64,000 bases of DNA from Dehalococcoidia bacterium (GCA_963664625.1 OY761541.1:2736174-2800173), one strand, 5' to 3'. Positions 43,459-53,860 are shown, counted from the first letter of the stretch. Made by a program: numbers and translations. The notes: generated by a model not told the origin, from the letters alone.

Positions 43459-44661
43459 CTAATCATTTGCCAAGGCCTGCTGGGCGGCGGCTAGGCTGGC
43501 GCCTTGGGCTACTTCGTAGCCTTGGGCCGTGAGGATCCGCTCCAGGGCGGAGAGGAGGGCGAAGACGTTGGTCTCGCGGGCGGAGTCGCCCATCAACCCG
43601 ATGCGCCACACCCTGCCGCGTAGTTCTCCCAAACCGCCGCCGACCTCGATGTTGTAGTCCCGGAGCAGCGCGGCCCGAACGGTGGCATCGTCTATGCCGT
43701 CGGGGATTACGGCGGTGGTCAGCGGGTTGAGTCGGTGGTCCTGGTCGGCCAGCAGGCCGATGCCGATGGCCTGCAAGCCTGCCCGCAATGATCCGGCGAC
43801 ACGGGCGTGGCGGTCGAACCGGGCCTCCAGCCCCTCTTCCATGAGCATCCGCAGGGCTTCACGGAAAGCGTAGGTCATGGAGATGGGGGAAGTATGGTGA
43901 TAAGCCCTGGCTTGGGACCAGTAGCTTTCTAGGTCCTTGATGCTGAAGTAGAAGCTCTGCACCTTGCTGCTGCGGTTGTTGACCACTTCCATGGCGCGGG
44001 GGCCGAAGCTGACGGGGGCTAGTCCCGGAGGGGCGCCCAAGCACTTCTGGGAGGCGCTGTAGGACACGTCTATATCCCAGTCGTCCAGCCGTATGTCGTG
44101 GCTGCCGAGGGAGGTCACCGCGTCCACAATCACCAATGCGCCGTGGCGGTGGGCCAAGTCGACTATGTCGGGCAGCGGGGTGAGCACCCCGGTGGATGTC
44201 TCGCCGTGGACCACTCCTACGGCCTTGACGCGGGAGTGTTTCCCAAGCTCGGCGGCAAGCTCTTCCAAGGCCACCGGCTTGCCCCACTGGGCATCGACGA
44301 TGTGGACTTCTGCGCCGCACCGCTCTGCGATGTCGGCCAATCGCGCCCCGAAATACCCGTTTCGGCAGACGATCATGGTGTCGCCGTGTTCCAGGATGTT
44401 GGCGCAGGCCGCTTCCATGCCGCCGGTGCCGGTGGCGGAAAGGGGCAGGGTCATGGCGTTGGAGGTGTGGTACACCTCTCGCAGCATGTCACCGACCTCG
44501 TCCATGACTTGGAAGAAGTCGGGGTCAAGGTGGCCTACGACCGGCAAGGTCATGGCTTGGAGGACACGGGGATGGACGCTGCTGGGTCCGGGTCCCAGAA
44601 GCACCCTGGAAGATGGCCTCAACTCGTTAAGGTAGGAAGTAGACAAGTCGCTTCGCTCCAA
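43459..44661 (-). CDS. Alanine/serine-glyoxylate aminotransferase (class V)
   Basis: LLGPGPS, HGETSTG, DAVTS, SQKCLGAPPG, YHHT. Confidence 0.92.
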   Translation of the reverse strand: MERSDLSTSYLNELRPSSRVLLGPGPSSVHPRVLQAMTLPVVGHLDPDFFQVMDEVGDMLREVYHTSNAMTLPLSATGTGGMEAACANILEHGDTMIVCRNGYFGARLADIAERCGAEVHIVDAQWGKPVALEELAAELGKHSRVKAVGVVHGETSTGVLTPLPDIVDLAHRHGALVIVDAVTSLGSHDIRLDDWDIDVSYSASQKCLGAPPGLAPVSFGPRAMEVVNNRSSKVQSFYFSIKDLESYWSQARAYHHTSPISMTYAFREALRMLMEEGLEARFDRHARVAGSLRAGLQAIGIGLLADQDHRLNPLTTAVIPDGIDDATVRAALLRDYNIEVGGGLGELRGRVWRIGLMGDSARETNVFALLSALERILTAQGYEVAQGASLAAAQQALAND

Positions 44662-44732
44662 ATTAATTGTCAGTGGCCAGTGACTAGGAGCCAGTGGCCA
44701 GCACGCAGTGGCGGTGGCCGCTAACCACCGTT

Positions 44733-45530
44733 CTATACTACCGCCGAGACGCCGCCGTCGATGTTGACGGCGATGCCGGTGAGGTAGCTGGCACGGTCAG
44801 AGGCCAGGAAGGCGATGACGTCGCCGGCTTCCTCGGGTTCGCCGACGCGGCCGATGGGCACCGACCGGCCTTGGGCCAACTGGTCGTAGAACACGTCTTC
44901 GCCAAGGCCGGGCTCGGTCTGTAGCCGGGCCTCGTACCGCCTGCGGTGCTGGCCACTCTTGATGAGGCCGATACAGACGGTGGACACGAGGATGTTGTCT
45001 TGGGCCAGGTCCTTGGAAAGGCCCTTGGTGATGGCTATTCCGGCGGCCCTGGAGATGGACGTGGGCATGGAATTTGCGCCGGGGGTGCGGCCTCCCAGGT
45101 TGGTCACGTTGATGATGCGGCCGCCGCCGACCTTGCGCATCTCCGGGATGGACTGTTGGATGAGCCGTATTGCGCCCCACACCTTCAACTCGAAGTCGAA
45201 CTCCCAGTCCTCCTGGCTGACCTGCTCAAAGCCCTTGGCCATAGAGGTGCCGGCGTTGTTGACCAGAATGTCCAGCCGCCCAAACCGGTCCAAGGTAGTC
45301 TGCACAACCCGCTCGGCAGTGTCGGCGCCGGTTACGTCGGCGGAGAGGGGTATAACGGCGCCCTCGGTGGCGGCCCAGATTTCCTCGGCGGCTTGGTCGA
45401 GCATTTCCTGCCCGCGGGCCACGATTACAACTTTTGCGCCCTCTTTGCACATGCTGAGGGCGGCGGCCTTGCCGATGCCGTCGCTGCCGCCGGTAATAAT
45501 TGCTACTTTGTCCTGAAGTCCAAGGTCCAT
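44733..45530 (-). CDS. SDR family oxidoreductase
   Basis: TGGSDGIG, NNAG, IDGG. Confidence 0.92.
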   Translation of the reverse strand: MDLGLQDKVAIITGGSDGIGKAAALSMCKEGAKVVIVARGQEMLDQAAEEIWAATEGAVIPLSADVTGADTAERVVQTTLDRFGRLDILVNNAGTSMAKGFEQVSQEDWEFDFELKVWGAIRLIQQSIPEMRKVGGGRIINVTNLGGRTPGANSMPTSISRAAGIAITKGLSKDLAQDNILVSTVCIGLIKSGQHRRRYEARLQTEPGLGEDVFYDQLAQGRSVPIGRVGEPEEAGDVIAFLASDRASYLTGIAVNIDGGVSAVV

Positions 45531-45672
45531 GGGGAGAACTCCTGAAGGGGTGGATGAATCTGACCGTGGGCCATTATACAACATGTTGGAGGGACGGGAG
45601 TGGGGGCTTCGGGAGAAGCTTGTGGCATGACAGTGGAGCAGAGGAGGTTATGACCGCCAAGGTTTGATCCCT

Positions 45673-46584
45673 TCATATCCATTCGTTCTCTGATGTCAAA
45701 ATCGCTTGGGTGAACCCACAGGTGGATTCATGCAATCGTTCTGACAAGGCAGGCGACAAATACAAAGACTCCACGGTTGCGTGGTCAACGCCTAGAAGAG
45801 TTGATTGACTTGACCTTCCAGCGTGGATATCCAAGCGAGTCAATTGCAGATGTTCAGGAAGCGGCTTACCATACTGCTTTTCTCCAGTTCTTCCATCATA
45901 GCTGACCATAAATGACAGCCGCCGGTCATTCATCCAAGCCAATGCTTCTATAAACTCACCAAATGAGACACCCTCGTAGTAACGATGATCTCTAGTGAAG
46001 GAAGTGCCTTGGTATGGCGGGTCCATATATAGAACATCGATGAGTGTAGCGGAAGCCGCAACATCCCGAAAATCGGATGACGACAGAACCGTTCTGTCTG
46101 ACAAGGCCTCGGACACGGCCATAATCTGCTGACGCATCTTGAGAGGATGCATCCCCATTCGCCTATTGTCGGGGCTTTGGTTGAAATTGCCTTCAGAACT
46201 GTACCTGACCGAGCCCTTTACTATCCGTGCTAACAAATAAAGCAGGTGGTGCGGTTCATGAGTAGAGTTGAACTGATCGCGCACTCGGGAGAAATATTTC
46301 TTCCGGTCGGGTTGTTGATCGTGCCATAGTCGCTCGTATCCGTCAGCCAGCTCAGCAGGACGCTCCAAGATCCAAGACCACAAGGTCATCAGAGACGGGT
46401 TAATGTCATTAAGCCAAAATCTTTCCGCGAATCCATGCGCCGCTGCCGCAATAGAAATAGCTGCGGAGCCGCAAAACGGCTCGACCAGCGAACCGTCATT
46501 CTTAGGGATGAACGGCAGAATGTGGCGCGCAATACTTCGTTTGCTGCCCTGATAAGGGAACGGATGCGGAGTTCGAATTGTCAT
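45673..46584 (-). CDS. Dam/D12-class DNA adenine methyltransferase, AT-rich
   Basis: PYQGSK, VEPFCGSAA, YMDPPY. Confidence 0.92.
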   Translation of the reverse strand: MTIRTPHPFPYQGSKRSIARHILPFIPKNDGSLVEPFCGSAAISIAAAAHGFAERFWLNDINPSLMTLWSWILERPAELADGYERLWHDQQPDRKKYFSRVRDQFNSTHEPHHLLYLLARIVKGSVRYSSEGNFNQSPDNRRMGMHPLKMRQQIMAVSEALSDRTVLSSSDFRDVAASATLIDVLYMDPPYQGTSFTRDHRYYEGVSFGEFIEALAWMNDRRLSFMVSYDGRTGEKQYGKPLPEHLQLTRLDIHAGRSSQSTLLGVDHATVESLYLSPALSERLHESTCGFTQAILTSENEWI

Positions 46585-46716
46585 GGTCTACACAATATGG
46601 AAACTATAAACGCAGAGTTGTGATAGTCAAGCGGAATGTGTCACTTCACTCGGTTTATTCGATTTATAGGGAATGTTACCTGGATTATATCTTTCAAATA
46701 ATATTGACCAAGCCGG

Positions 46717-47935
46717 TAGGGTCTTTTAATTGTCTGGGGATAAGCCGATGAGAGTCAGGGTCTCCCAAGGTTTCCAGCCGTAGTGGCGCAGGGCTGCCGT
46801 TATGTTCTTCACTCCGGTCAGCCGCAACAACCCCATCACCAGGTTTCGCAACGCCGCCAGCAGTTGCGGCGCCGATCCGGTGCGCACCTGGCTTTGGTCT
46901 TCGCCAAATACCACGTCCCTTACCCAGTGCACCTGGTTCTCAATCCCCCAATGTCCCCTCCATATCTCCAGCAACCGGGCAGCATCCGCCCGTTCCGGGG
47001 GCAGGCTGGTGACGGCATAGGCAAGCTCCACTGACTCCTTGCCCTTTCGCCTCCTTGTCCGTTCCACACAGCAGACTTGCCCCAAGCCAGGCCAATCCAA
47101 GTACTCATTCAGGGCCGTTGAGGCCCACAACCGCCGCCGTTCCTGTCGGTCTCCGTGCCGGCCCTCCCGGACCACCTCATCAAAACACTCTCCCCACGGC
47201 GGCTGCTCAAACAGCAACCTCACTGCCTCTTTCACCCATGGCTGGTTGTCCTTCACCACCCAGAAATAGTCTCCGCCCATCTCCGCCACTCGCCGGCTCA
47301 ACTCCCGTTGGGCGTATAGCGCGTCCCCCGTCACCACCCTGCCGCGCAGGTCCAACTCTGCCAGCAGGCTGAAGGCCACTCCCAGTTCACTCTCCTTGCG
47401 ATGACCCCTTACCCCCCTTTTGTCCCACCACCAGGCCGCTTTCCCGAGCATATGCCGCCACCAGCCTTACCCCAGGCAATTCCTCCCCGTGAATCCCGCG
47501 CAGGGCCTTGCCGTCTATGGCGATGGTGCCCTCTCCCTCTCCCATGGACTCTTGGGCCCAGCGGCCCAGAGCCGACTCAAAAGCCTCCACGTCCAACCGG
47601 CGGAAAAGGTGGTGCAGCGTTGCCACGCATGGGGTCTGCTCCCGGCTGAACCCCAGACTTTGAGCCATTCCGGGATGTTCCCGTCCCCACTGGGCAATGG
47701 CATACAGGCTCCTGGCCCCTCCCAGCATCGCGCACACCGACAGCGCCAGAATCGCTGGCAAGGGATGCCGAACCCCGCGGGGCTTCCTGGGGTCCTCTAT
47801 CCCCTTCAGGGCTTCCAGCAATCCGGGACCCCATTCCCCAACTCTCTCCTCCCACAAAACCATCCTCCACTTTCTCGAACTCTCCCATTGTCATCCAGTA
47901 CCCTACACCGTACTCCAGACAATTAAAAGACCCTA
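46717..47935 (-). mobile_element. ISAs1-family insertion sequence (1219 bp)
   Basis: 21-bp TIRs tagggtcttttaattgtctgg / ccagacaattaaaagacccta; direct repeat gaccaagccgg at 46706-46716 and 47936-47946. Confidence 0.93.
46726..47863 (-). CDS. ISAs1 transposase split in two frames at about 47415
   Basis: DPR..RGVRH, IAIDGK in ORF1; TGDAL, VKDNQ, HWGIEN...RDVVFGED in ORF2. Confidence 0.9.
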
Positions 47936-47955
47936 GACCAAGCCGGTCGTTTCCA

Positions 47956-47984
47956 TTGACGGTGTTGCTTGCCTGTGATAGCCT
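47956..47984 (+). promoter_or_regulatory. Putative sigma70 promoter of the heme operon
   Basis: TTGACG-17 nt-TAGCCT just right of the IS. Confidence 0.5.
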
Positions 47985-48035
47985 CTCTACGGCAAATTTC
48001 CGGCATTAAAGTTTTTTGTAGATTTCTATAGATTT

Positions 48036-48653
48036 TTGATGCTTGAACAACAGCCTGAACCGGAACGATGGCTGCCGTTGCGCGATGCCTGCCGCCTGCT
48101 CGACGTGAACGAGGCAACGCTCCGTCAATGGGCCGACAACGGCTACGTGAGAGTGTACCGGACTCCCGGCGGCCATCGCCGATTCTGGAGCAGCGACGTT
48201 CTATCGCTGGCCGACGACGGGGCCACTCCCGGCAGTCGGGGCCATGACAACGGGTTGGAGGGGTCCGCTCTGCGCCGTATCCGGCGGCGTTTGCACGGCG
48301 ATACTGTAGCCCGGCAGCCTTGGTACCAGAGCGTCGAGGAGGAGGGACGGGACCGGATGCGCCTGTTCGGGCGCCGGTTGCTTTCGCTGCTCGTACAGGA
48401 GCCGTACCGCCGGCGTCAACGCCAGGAAGCGCTGGCCGAGTCCCACGTACTGGGAAGGGAGTACGGCAGCGAGATGGCCGAACGCGGCGTGGCCTTGACC
48501 GACACCCTGGAGGCGTTCGTCTTTTTCCGGTCGATGGTGCTGGAGTCGGTGGAACCCAAAGCATGGACACGGGTGCTGGAGTTGGCCGACCGGGTCATGG
48601 TGGGTCTGGCCGAATCGTACCAAAGGCATTCAAGCCAAACACATTCAAGTTAG
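48036..48653 (+). CDS. MerR/excisionase-type HTH regulator with helical C-terminal domain
   Basis: WLPLRDACRLLDVNEATLRQWAD...RTPGGHRRF. Confidence 0.85.
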   Translation: MMLEQQPEPERWLPLRDACRLLDVNEATLRQWADNGYVRVYRTPGGHRRFWSSDVLSLADDGATPGSRGHDNGLEGSALRRIRRRLHGDTVARQPWYQSVEEEGRDRMRLFGRRLLSLLVQEPYRRRQRQEALAESHVLGREYGSEMAERGVALTDTLEAFVFFRSMVLESVEPKAWTRVLELADRVMVGLAESYQRHSSQTHSS

Positions 48654-48673
48654 AGAGGGATGGACTTTCCGCT

Positions 48674-49744
48674 ATGGACTTAACCGATCGCAAGCTGTTG
48701 AACATCATCCAAGGGCGTTTTCCACTGGTCGACCGGCCCTACCAAGCCTTGGGCGACGAGTTGGGGATAGGCGAAGATGAGGTGATCGAGCGTCTGACCG
48801 TATTGAAACGCCAGAACGTGCTGCGGCAAATCAGCGCGATTTTCGATACCCGGCGCTTGGGGTACAAGACCACGCTGGTGGCAATGGCTTTCGAGCCGGA
48901 AGACTTGCATCGCAGCGCCCTGATAATCAACAGGCATCCCGGCGTAAGCCACAACTATGCCCGGGAAGGGTCCTACTACAACCTGTGGTTTACCGTGGCG
49001 GTGCCGCCCGACCACGAGCTTGAAGACACCGTCGCCTTCATGGCCCGCGAGACCGGTGCCCTGAACTACCGCGTGATGCCTACCATCCGGTTTTTCAAGA
49101 TCGGCGTCAACTTCGACATGGTCAAGGGAAAGGGGTCCTCCTACAACTACAGCCCGGACGGGTACAACAATAGCGCCGCCAAAGACTGGAACAAGGCTGT
49201 TCCCTTGACCGACACCGACAAGGCGGCAATCCGGGAGTTGCAAGAAGACCTTGCATTAGTGTCCGATCCCTTCGCGGAAATGGCGACCCGGCTGGGCGTA
49301 TCCACGGCGCAGTTGTTCACTATGGCCCAAGAGTTCCAGGACCGGAGGTTCATGCGCCGCTACAGTGCGGTGTTGCACCACCGGCGTTCCGGGTTCCGTT
49401 CCAACGCCATGATTGTATGGAAAGTGCCGGAGGAACGGTCTGAAGAGGTTGGGATGACGATGGCTCAACACGATGCCGTTACCCACTGCTACCAGAGGCC
49501 CACCTTCCCCGACTGGCCCTATACCCACTTCACCATGGTCCACGCCACCACCAACGAGGGATGCGAGGAGATCGAGCGGGAGATAAGTGCCGCGACAGGA
49601 ATTACGGACAGGCTGATGCTCTACAGCACCAGGGAATACAAAAAGACCCGGGTGCGTTACTTTGTGGATGACTACGACAGGTACCGGGCGACCCAAGAGG
49701 CTACGCCAAGCCATTCGTCGCAGTCCGCGATGGCCCAAGCGTAG
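48674..49744 (+). CDS. ahbAB: Siroheme decarboxylase AhbA-AhbB (NirDL/GH-like) fusion
   Basis: Two Lrp-like halves with VSHNYAR and VTHCYQR. Confidence 0.88.
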   Translation: MDLTDRKLLNIIQGRFPLVDRPYQALGDELGIGEDEVIERLTVLKRQNVLRQISAIFDTRRLGYKTTLVAMAFEPEDLHRSALIINRHPGVSHNYAREGSYYNLWFTVAVPPDHELEDTVAFMARETGALNYRVMPTIRFFKIGVNFDMVKGKGSSYNYSPDGYNNSAAKDWNKAVPLTDTDKAAIRELQEDLALVSDPFAEMATRLGVSTAQLFTMAQEFQDRRFMRRYSAVLHHRRSGFRSNAMIVWKVPEERSEEVGMTMAQHDAVTHCYQRPTFPDWPYTHFTMVHATTNEGCEEIEREISAATGITDRLMLYSTREYKKTRVRYFVDDYDRYRATQEATPSHSSQSAMAQA

Positions 49745-49757
49745 CGGGGGAGCCAGT

Positions 49758-50462
49758 ATGCCAGCCTACTATCCAGTATATTTAGACCTGACAGACAAGC
49801 TATGCCTGGTTATCGGCGGAGGGGCCGTAGCCGAAGACAAAATCGCCAAGCTGAAGGGGTTCGGCGCCAGAATTTCAGTAATCAGCCCGGCCTTGACTCC
49901 ATCGTTGCAAGCGTGCGCGGAGCGGGGTGAGTTGGAATGGCATCCCCGCGAATACCAACCGGGCGACCTGCGCGGGGTATTCCTGGGCATCGCGGCCACC
50001 AACCGCCGGGACGTGAATGAGTCCATCTTCAAGGAAGCGACGGAGTTGGGTGTGTTGATGAATGTGGTGGACAAGCCGGACCAATGCTCGTTCATCGCTC
50101 CTTCCGTGGTAAAGCGGGGAGAGGTTACCCTGGCCATATCGACCGGGGGCGCGAGCCCGGCACTAGCCCGCAAGCTTAGGGAAGAGTTGTCCGCATGTCC
50201 CACGTTGGAGTGGGCCGACTTGGCCGACGTTCTGGCCCAAGCTAGAAAAGAGGTCAAGGACCGTCGGGTTGCCATCGACCGGCAGCGGTGGCAGTGCGCG
50301 ATGACGCCGGAGTTGTTGCAACTGGTGCAATCGGGTTGCCATGAGGAAGCCCTGGATACGCTGCTTTCCAATTTGTTCGACCCGGAGACTCCGGGGCTGT
50401 GCCAAAGGGTGGACAAGTGCGGCGCGGACACGTGCGCCCGGAGTCTTGAGGCAAGAGACTAA
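49758..50462 (+). CDS. sirC: Precorrin-2 dehydrogenase/sirohydrochlorin ferrochelatase
   Basis: YYPVYL, VIGGG, NVVD, AISTGGASP. Confidence 0.88.
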   Translation: MPAYYPVYLDLTDKLCLVIGGGAVAEDKIAKLKGFGARISVISPALTPSLQACAERGELEWHPREYQPGDLRGVFLGIAATNRRDVNESIFKEATELGVLMNVVDKPDQCSFIAPSVVKRGEVTLAISTGGASPALARKLREELSACPTLEWADLADVLAQARKEVKDRRVAIDRQRWQCAMTPELLQLVQSGCHEEALDTLLSNLFDPETPGLCQRVDKCGADTCARSLEARD

Positions 50463-50480
50463 CCGGCTGGAGCGGAGCCC

Positions 50481-51419
50481 GTGAGCGATTCCACGACAAT
50501 CAGGACCGGCACCAGGGGCAGCATCCTGGCCATACGCCAGACGGAAGAGGTACTGGCCCAACTTGGCCCCAAGTTCCCGGACTTGGATTTCCAAGTGGTG
50601 ACTGTCCGTACTCAAGGGGATATCAACGCCACCGCCTCGCTCACGGGGATGGGGCTTGGCGTGTTCGTCAACGAGATCGAACGCATGTTGCTGGACGGGG
50701 AACTGGACATGGCAGTCCACAGCCTGAAAGACATGCCCACCAAACTGCCGGACGGCTTGGTGATCGGGGCCATGACCAGCCGGCTGGACCCACGGGACGT
50801 GCTGGTAAACCGCTGGCATTGTAACCTACCAGACTTGCCGGAAGGCGCCCGCATCGGCACCAGCAGTCCCCGCAGAAGGGCGCTGCTAAACAGCCTGTGC
50901 CCCCAAGCGACGGTTGTTCCCATTCGCGGCAACGTGGAGACTAGGCTGAGCAAGGCCCAGAGCGAGGACTACGACGGGGCGGTGCTGGCCGCCGCGGGGA
51001 TGGTGCGCCTTGGGCTGACCGAACACATAGACGAGTACCTGTCGCCCCAACGGTTCGTACCGCCACCAGGACAGGGGGTATTGGCGGTAGAGGTCCGGGA
51101 GGACAACCAGCGGATGATAGAGATGTTGCGCAGCGTAGACGACACCGCCACCCGCTTGGCCGCTACCGCTGAGCGCGCCTTCCTGGAAAAATTGGGCGGG
51201 GGTTGCCAGATTCCGGTGGGCGCCTACGCCCGCGCCGAGGGCGACATACTGTTTTTGACCGTTTTCCTCAGTTCCCCAGACGGTCAAAAAGCCTTCCGCG
51301 CAAAGATCGACGGACTGAACATGGACCCGCTGCAACTCGCCAGTGATGCTTACTTGGCGGTGATGGAGCGGGGCGCGGGACCGTTGTTGGAGATAGAGTG
51401 GTCCGAGGTGGAACCGTAG
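50481..51419 (+). CDS. hemC: Hydroxymethylbilane synthase
   Basis: GTRGSILA, VHSLKD, GTSS, IRGN, GGCQIP. Confidence 0.97.
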   Translation: MSDSTTIRTGTRGSILAIRQTEEVLAQLGPKFPDLDFQVVTVRTQGDINATASLTGMGLGVFVNEIERMLLDGELDMAVHSLKDMPTKLPDGLVIGAMTSRLDPRDVLVNRWHCNLPDLPEGARIGTSSPRRRALLNSLCPQATVVPIRGNVETRLSKAQSEDYDGAVLAAAGMVRLGLTEHIDEYLSPQRFVPPPGQGVLAVEVREDNQRMIEMLRSVDDTATRLAATAERAFLEKLGGGCQIPVGAYARAEGDILFLTVFLSSPDGQKAFRAKIDGLNMDPLQLASDAYLAVMERGAGPLLEIEWSEVEP

Positions 51420-51448
51420 GGCCTTGGTTGTGCTGTATTGTAGGGAGT

Positions 51449-52288
51449 ATGACTCAATCGACAGGCAAAGCGCACCAAGTAACGTCAGCCCCCGATAAGT
51501 ACGACGCCAACGCGTTGGCCGTCGGTCAAGCCGTGTTGCGAGATACCGCTGCCGCGGACGTTATCCTGTTCGGCTCACGCGCACGAGGAGACTATCATAA
51601 AGACTCCGACGTGGACCTTCTCCTAGTCCACACCAACCGGCAGAACGACGAAATACGGAGCAAGGCCTATTGCGCCGCCGGTGCAGCGGTCAAAACTCTT
51701 TACGGTACCTCGGTCTCCGTCGATTTTGTCTGGTTCACTCCCGAAGAGTTCGAGCGGTTGCGGCATAGCGTCAACAGCGTAGCAGCGATTGCAACCAAGG
51801 AAGGCATTACCATGGACGGCCAGCCCGCCGGGGACGAATACCCCAACGACGACGAGGACTATTCCAGCGAATGGGATATGACCGAACAGCGCTGCTACCA
51901 TGCCAGGTCGCACTTACACACGTTACGCGTGGTCATAGACAATCGTGGAACGGGCATCATGGTGGGTCAGCAGGCGCACCAGACCTTGGAACACGCTATG
52001 AAGGCCTTGATTTCGGCTAGGATACGACGGTACCCGCACCATCACAACTTGGAGGACTTGGAGGACTATATGCGCCGAGTTGACCGTGGGTTCACCGACC
52101 CGTTGGAGTCTCCCCTGAAAGCTCTCAACGACTACGGCGGAGGCTTAAAATACGATGGACCCTACGCCTCCTTTGGTGACCGGAACGAACTCTATGAAAA
52201 AGTCCTGAACGACACCCGGCAAATCTTCCGGCGCGTGGCTTTCCTAACCGGCAAAGACCCTTGGCAAGAGAGGCCCGAAGACCAATAA
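51449..52288 (+). CDS. Fused nucleotidyltransferase-HEPN protein
   Basis: LFGSRARG...SDVDL then QQAHQTLEHAMKAL...YPHHHNL. Confidence 0.85.
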   Translation: MTQSTGKAHQVTSAPDKYDANALAVGQAVLRDTAAADVILFGSRARGDYHKDSDVDLLLVHTNRQNDEIRSKAYCAAGAAVKTLYGTSVSVDFVWFTPEEFERLRHSVNSVAAIATKEGITMDGQPAGDEYPNDDEDYSSEWDMTEQRCYHARSHLHTLRVVIDNRGTGIMVGQQAHQTLEHAMKALISARIRRYPHHHNLEDLEDYMRRVDRGFTDPLESPLKALNDYGGGLKYDGPYASFGDRNELYEKVLNDTRQIFRRVAFLTGKDPWQERPEDQ

Positions 52289-52337
52289 ACACGGGTAACC
52301 ACAACCTACTTTACGGTATCAGGAGCAAGTAACTCAA

Positions 52338-53846
52338 TTGGCAGGCAAAGTTTATCTGGTAGGAGCGGGCCCCGGAGACCGGGGCTTGATGACGCTGAAA
52401 GGGATGAGTTGCTTGGAGCAGGCCGACGTGGTGGTCTACGACAGGCTGTTGGACTCCTCGCTTATTGACGCGTCGCCAGAGTCGGCGGAGCGTGTCTTTG
52501 TAGGGAAGGAACGGGGCCGCCAGGAGTTGACTCAAGCCGAGATAAACCGCTTGTTGGTAGACCGGGCCGCCAAAGGGAAAGTAGTAGTCCGGCTGAAAGG
52601 CGGAGACCCGTTCGTCTTCGGGCGCGGCGGCGAAGAGGCACTGGCGTTGGCGGAGAGCGGGGTAAGTTTCGAGGTAGTCCCCGGAGTGACTTCCGCTGTC
52701 GGCGCGCCCGCCTACGCCGGCATACCGTTGACTCACCGGGGTATCGCCACATCCTTCACCGTCGTGAGCGGCAGCGAAGACCCGATGAAGGGGGAAAGCT
52801 CGGTAAACTGGTCGGCCTTAGCCAAATCCGGCGGGACGATAGTCGTTTTGATGGGATGGTCTTCCTTGGAGGCTATCCTTGCCACGTTGGCGCAGGAAGG
52901 TATGGAACCTTCTACCCCGGTGGCATTGGTCCGGTGGGGGACTTGGCCGGACCAGGCCACGGTGACAGGTCGGTTGGACAACGTTGTTTCCCTCGGCCGC
53001 GAGGCGGGCCTGAAGCCTCCGGTGGCGGCGGTAATAGGACGGGTTGTGGACCTGCGTGAAAAGCTGGCTTGGTTCGACCGGCGCCCCTTGTTCGGCAAGA
53101 AAGTTTTGATTACTCGTTCGCGGGCCCAAGCATCCCAGTTCCGGGCTAAGCTGGAGGAACTGGGGGCCCAGCCGGTGGAGATTCCGACTATACGGACAGC
53201 GCCTCTTGAAAACTACACTGAATTGGACGGCGCGCTGGGCCGGCTGTCTTCCTATAGCTGGGTTATTTTCGCCAGCGGGAACGCAGTCGACGCGGTATTC
53301 AGCCGGTTGACCCATCTCGGCAAGGATGCGCGGGCCTTTGGCGGAGTTTGCGTCGGCGCCATTGGTCCGGCCACGTCCGACGCTTTGGCCCGACGGGGAA
53401 TAGACGCTGATTTTATCCCGACTCGCCCCGTTTCTGAGGTGGTCCTGGAGGAACTGTCCCAACGCGACTGGGACGGCGTGCCGGTCCTGCTTCCCGGCGC
53501 AGACATCGGCAGGGATGTGTTGCAACGCGGGCTTACAGGACTTGGGGCCAAGGTGGACTTGATTCCGGCCTACAGGACCGTACCGGTTACCGGCATGAAG
53601 GACAAAGCCCGCAAAGCATTGGAGTCCGGGGTGGACGCGGTGACGTTCACCAGTTCTTCCACGGTGAAAAACCTCTTGGACCTGCTGGACGGCGACGGGA
53701 AAGCGCTGGAAGGCAGCAGTATCGCTTGTATCGGCCCCACCACAGCGGCCACGGCAGAGGAGTTGGGGCTGACAGTGGACTTGGTGGCCGACGTGCACAC
53801 CGTCGATGGCTTGGTGGACGCCTTGGTGTCCTATTTGGGCAAATAG
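52338..53846 (+). CDS. cobA: Uroporphyrinogen-III C-methyltransferase / uroporphyrinogen-III synthase fusion
   Basis: VGAGPGD, RLKGGDPFVFGRGGEE; HemD domain with AIGP and FTSSSTV. Confidence 0.95.
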   Translation: MAGKVYLVGAGPGDRGLMTLKGMSCLEQADVVVYDRLLDSSLIDASPESAERVFVGKERGRQELTQAEINRLLVDRAAKGKVVVRLKGGDPFVFGRGGEEALALAESGVSFEVVPGVTSAVGAPAYAGIPLTHRGIATSFTVVSGSEDPMKGESSVNWSALAKSGGTIVVLMGWSSLEAILATLAQEGMEPSTPVALVRWGTWPDQATVTGRLDNVVSLGREAGLKPPVAAVIGRVVDLREKLAWFDRRPLFGKKVLITRSRAQASQFRAKLEELGAQPVEIPTIRTAPLENYTELDGALGRLSSYSWVIFASGNAVDAVFSRLTHLGKDARAFGGVCVGAIGPATSDALARRGIDADFIPTRPVSEVVLEELSQRDWDGVPVLLPGADIGRDVLQRGLTGLGAKVDLIPAYRTVPVTGMKDKARKALESGVDAVTFTSSSTVKNLLDLLDGDGKALEGSSIACIGPTTAATAEELGLTVDLVADVHTVDGLVDALVSYLGK

Positions 53847-53860
53847 GGAGGAAAAGAGAA

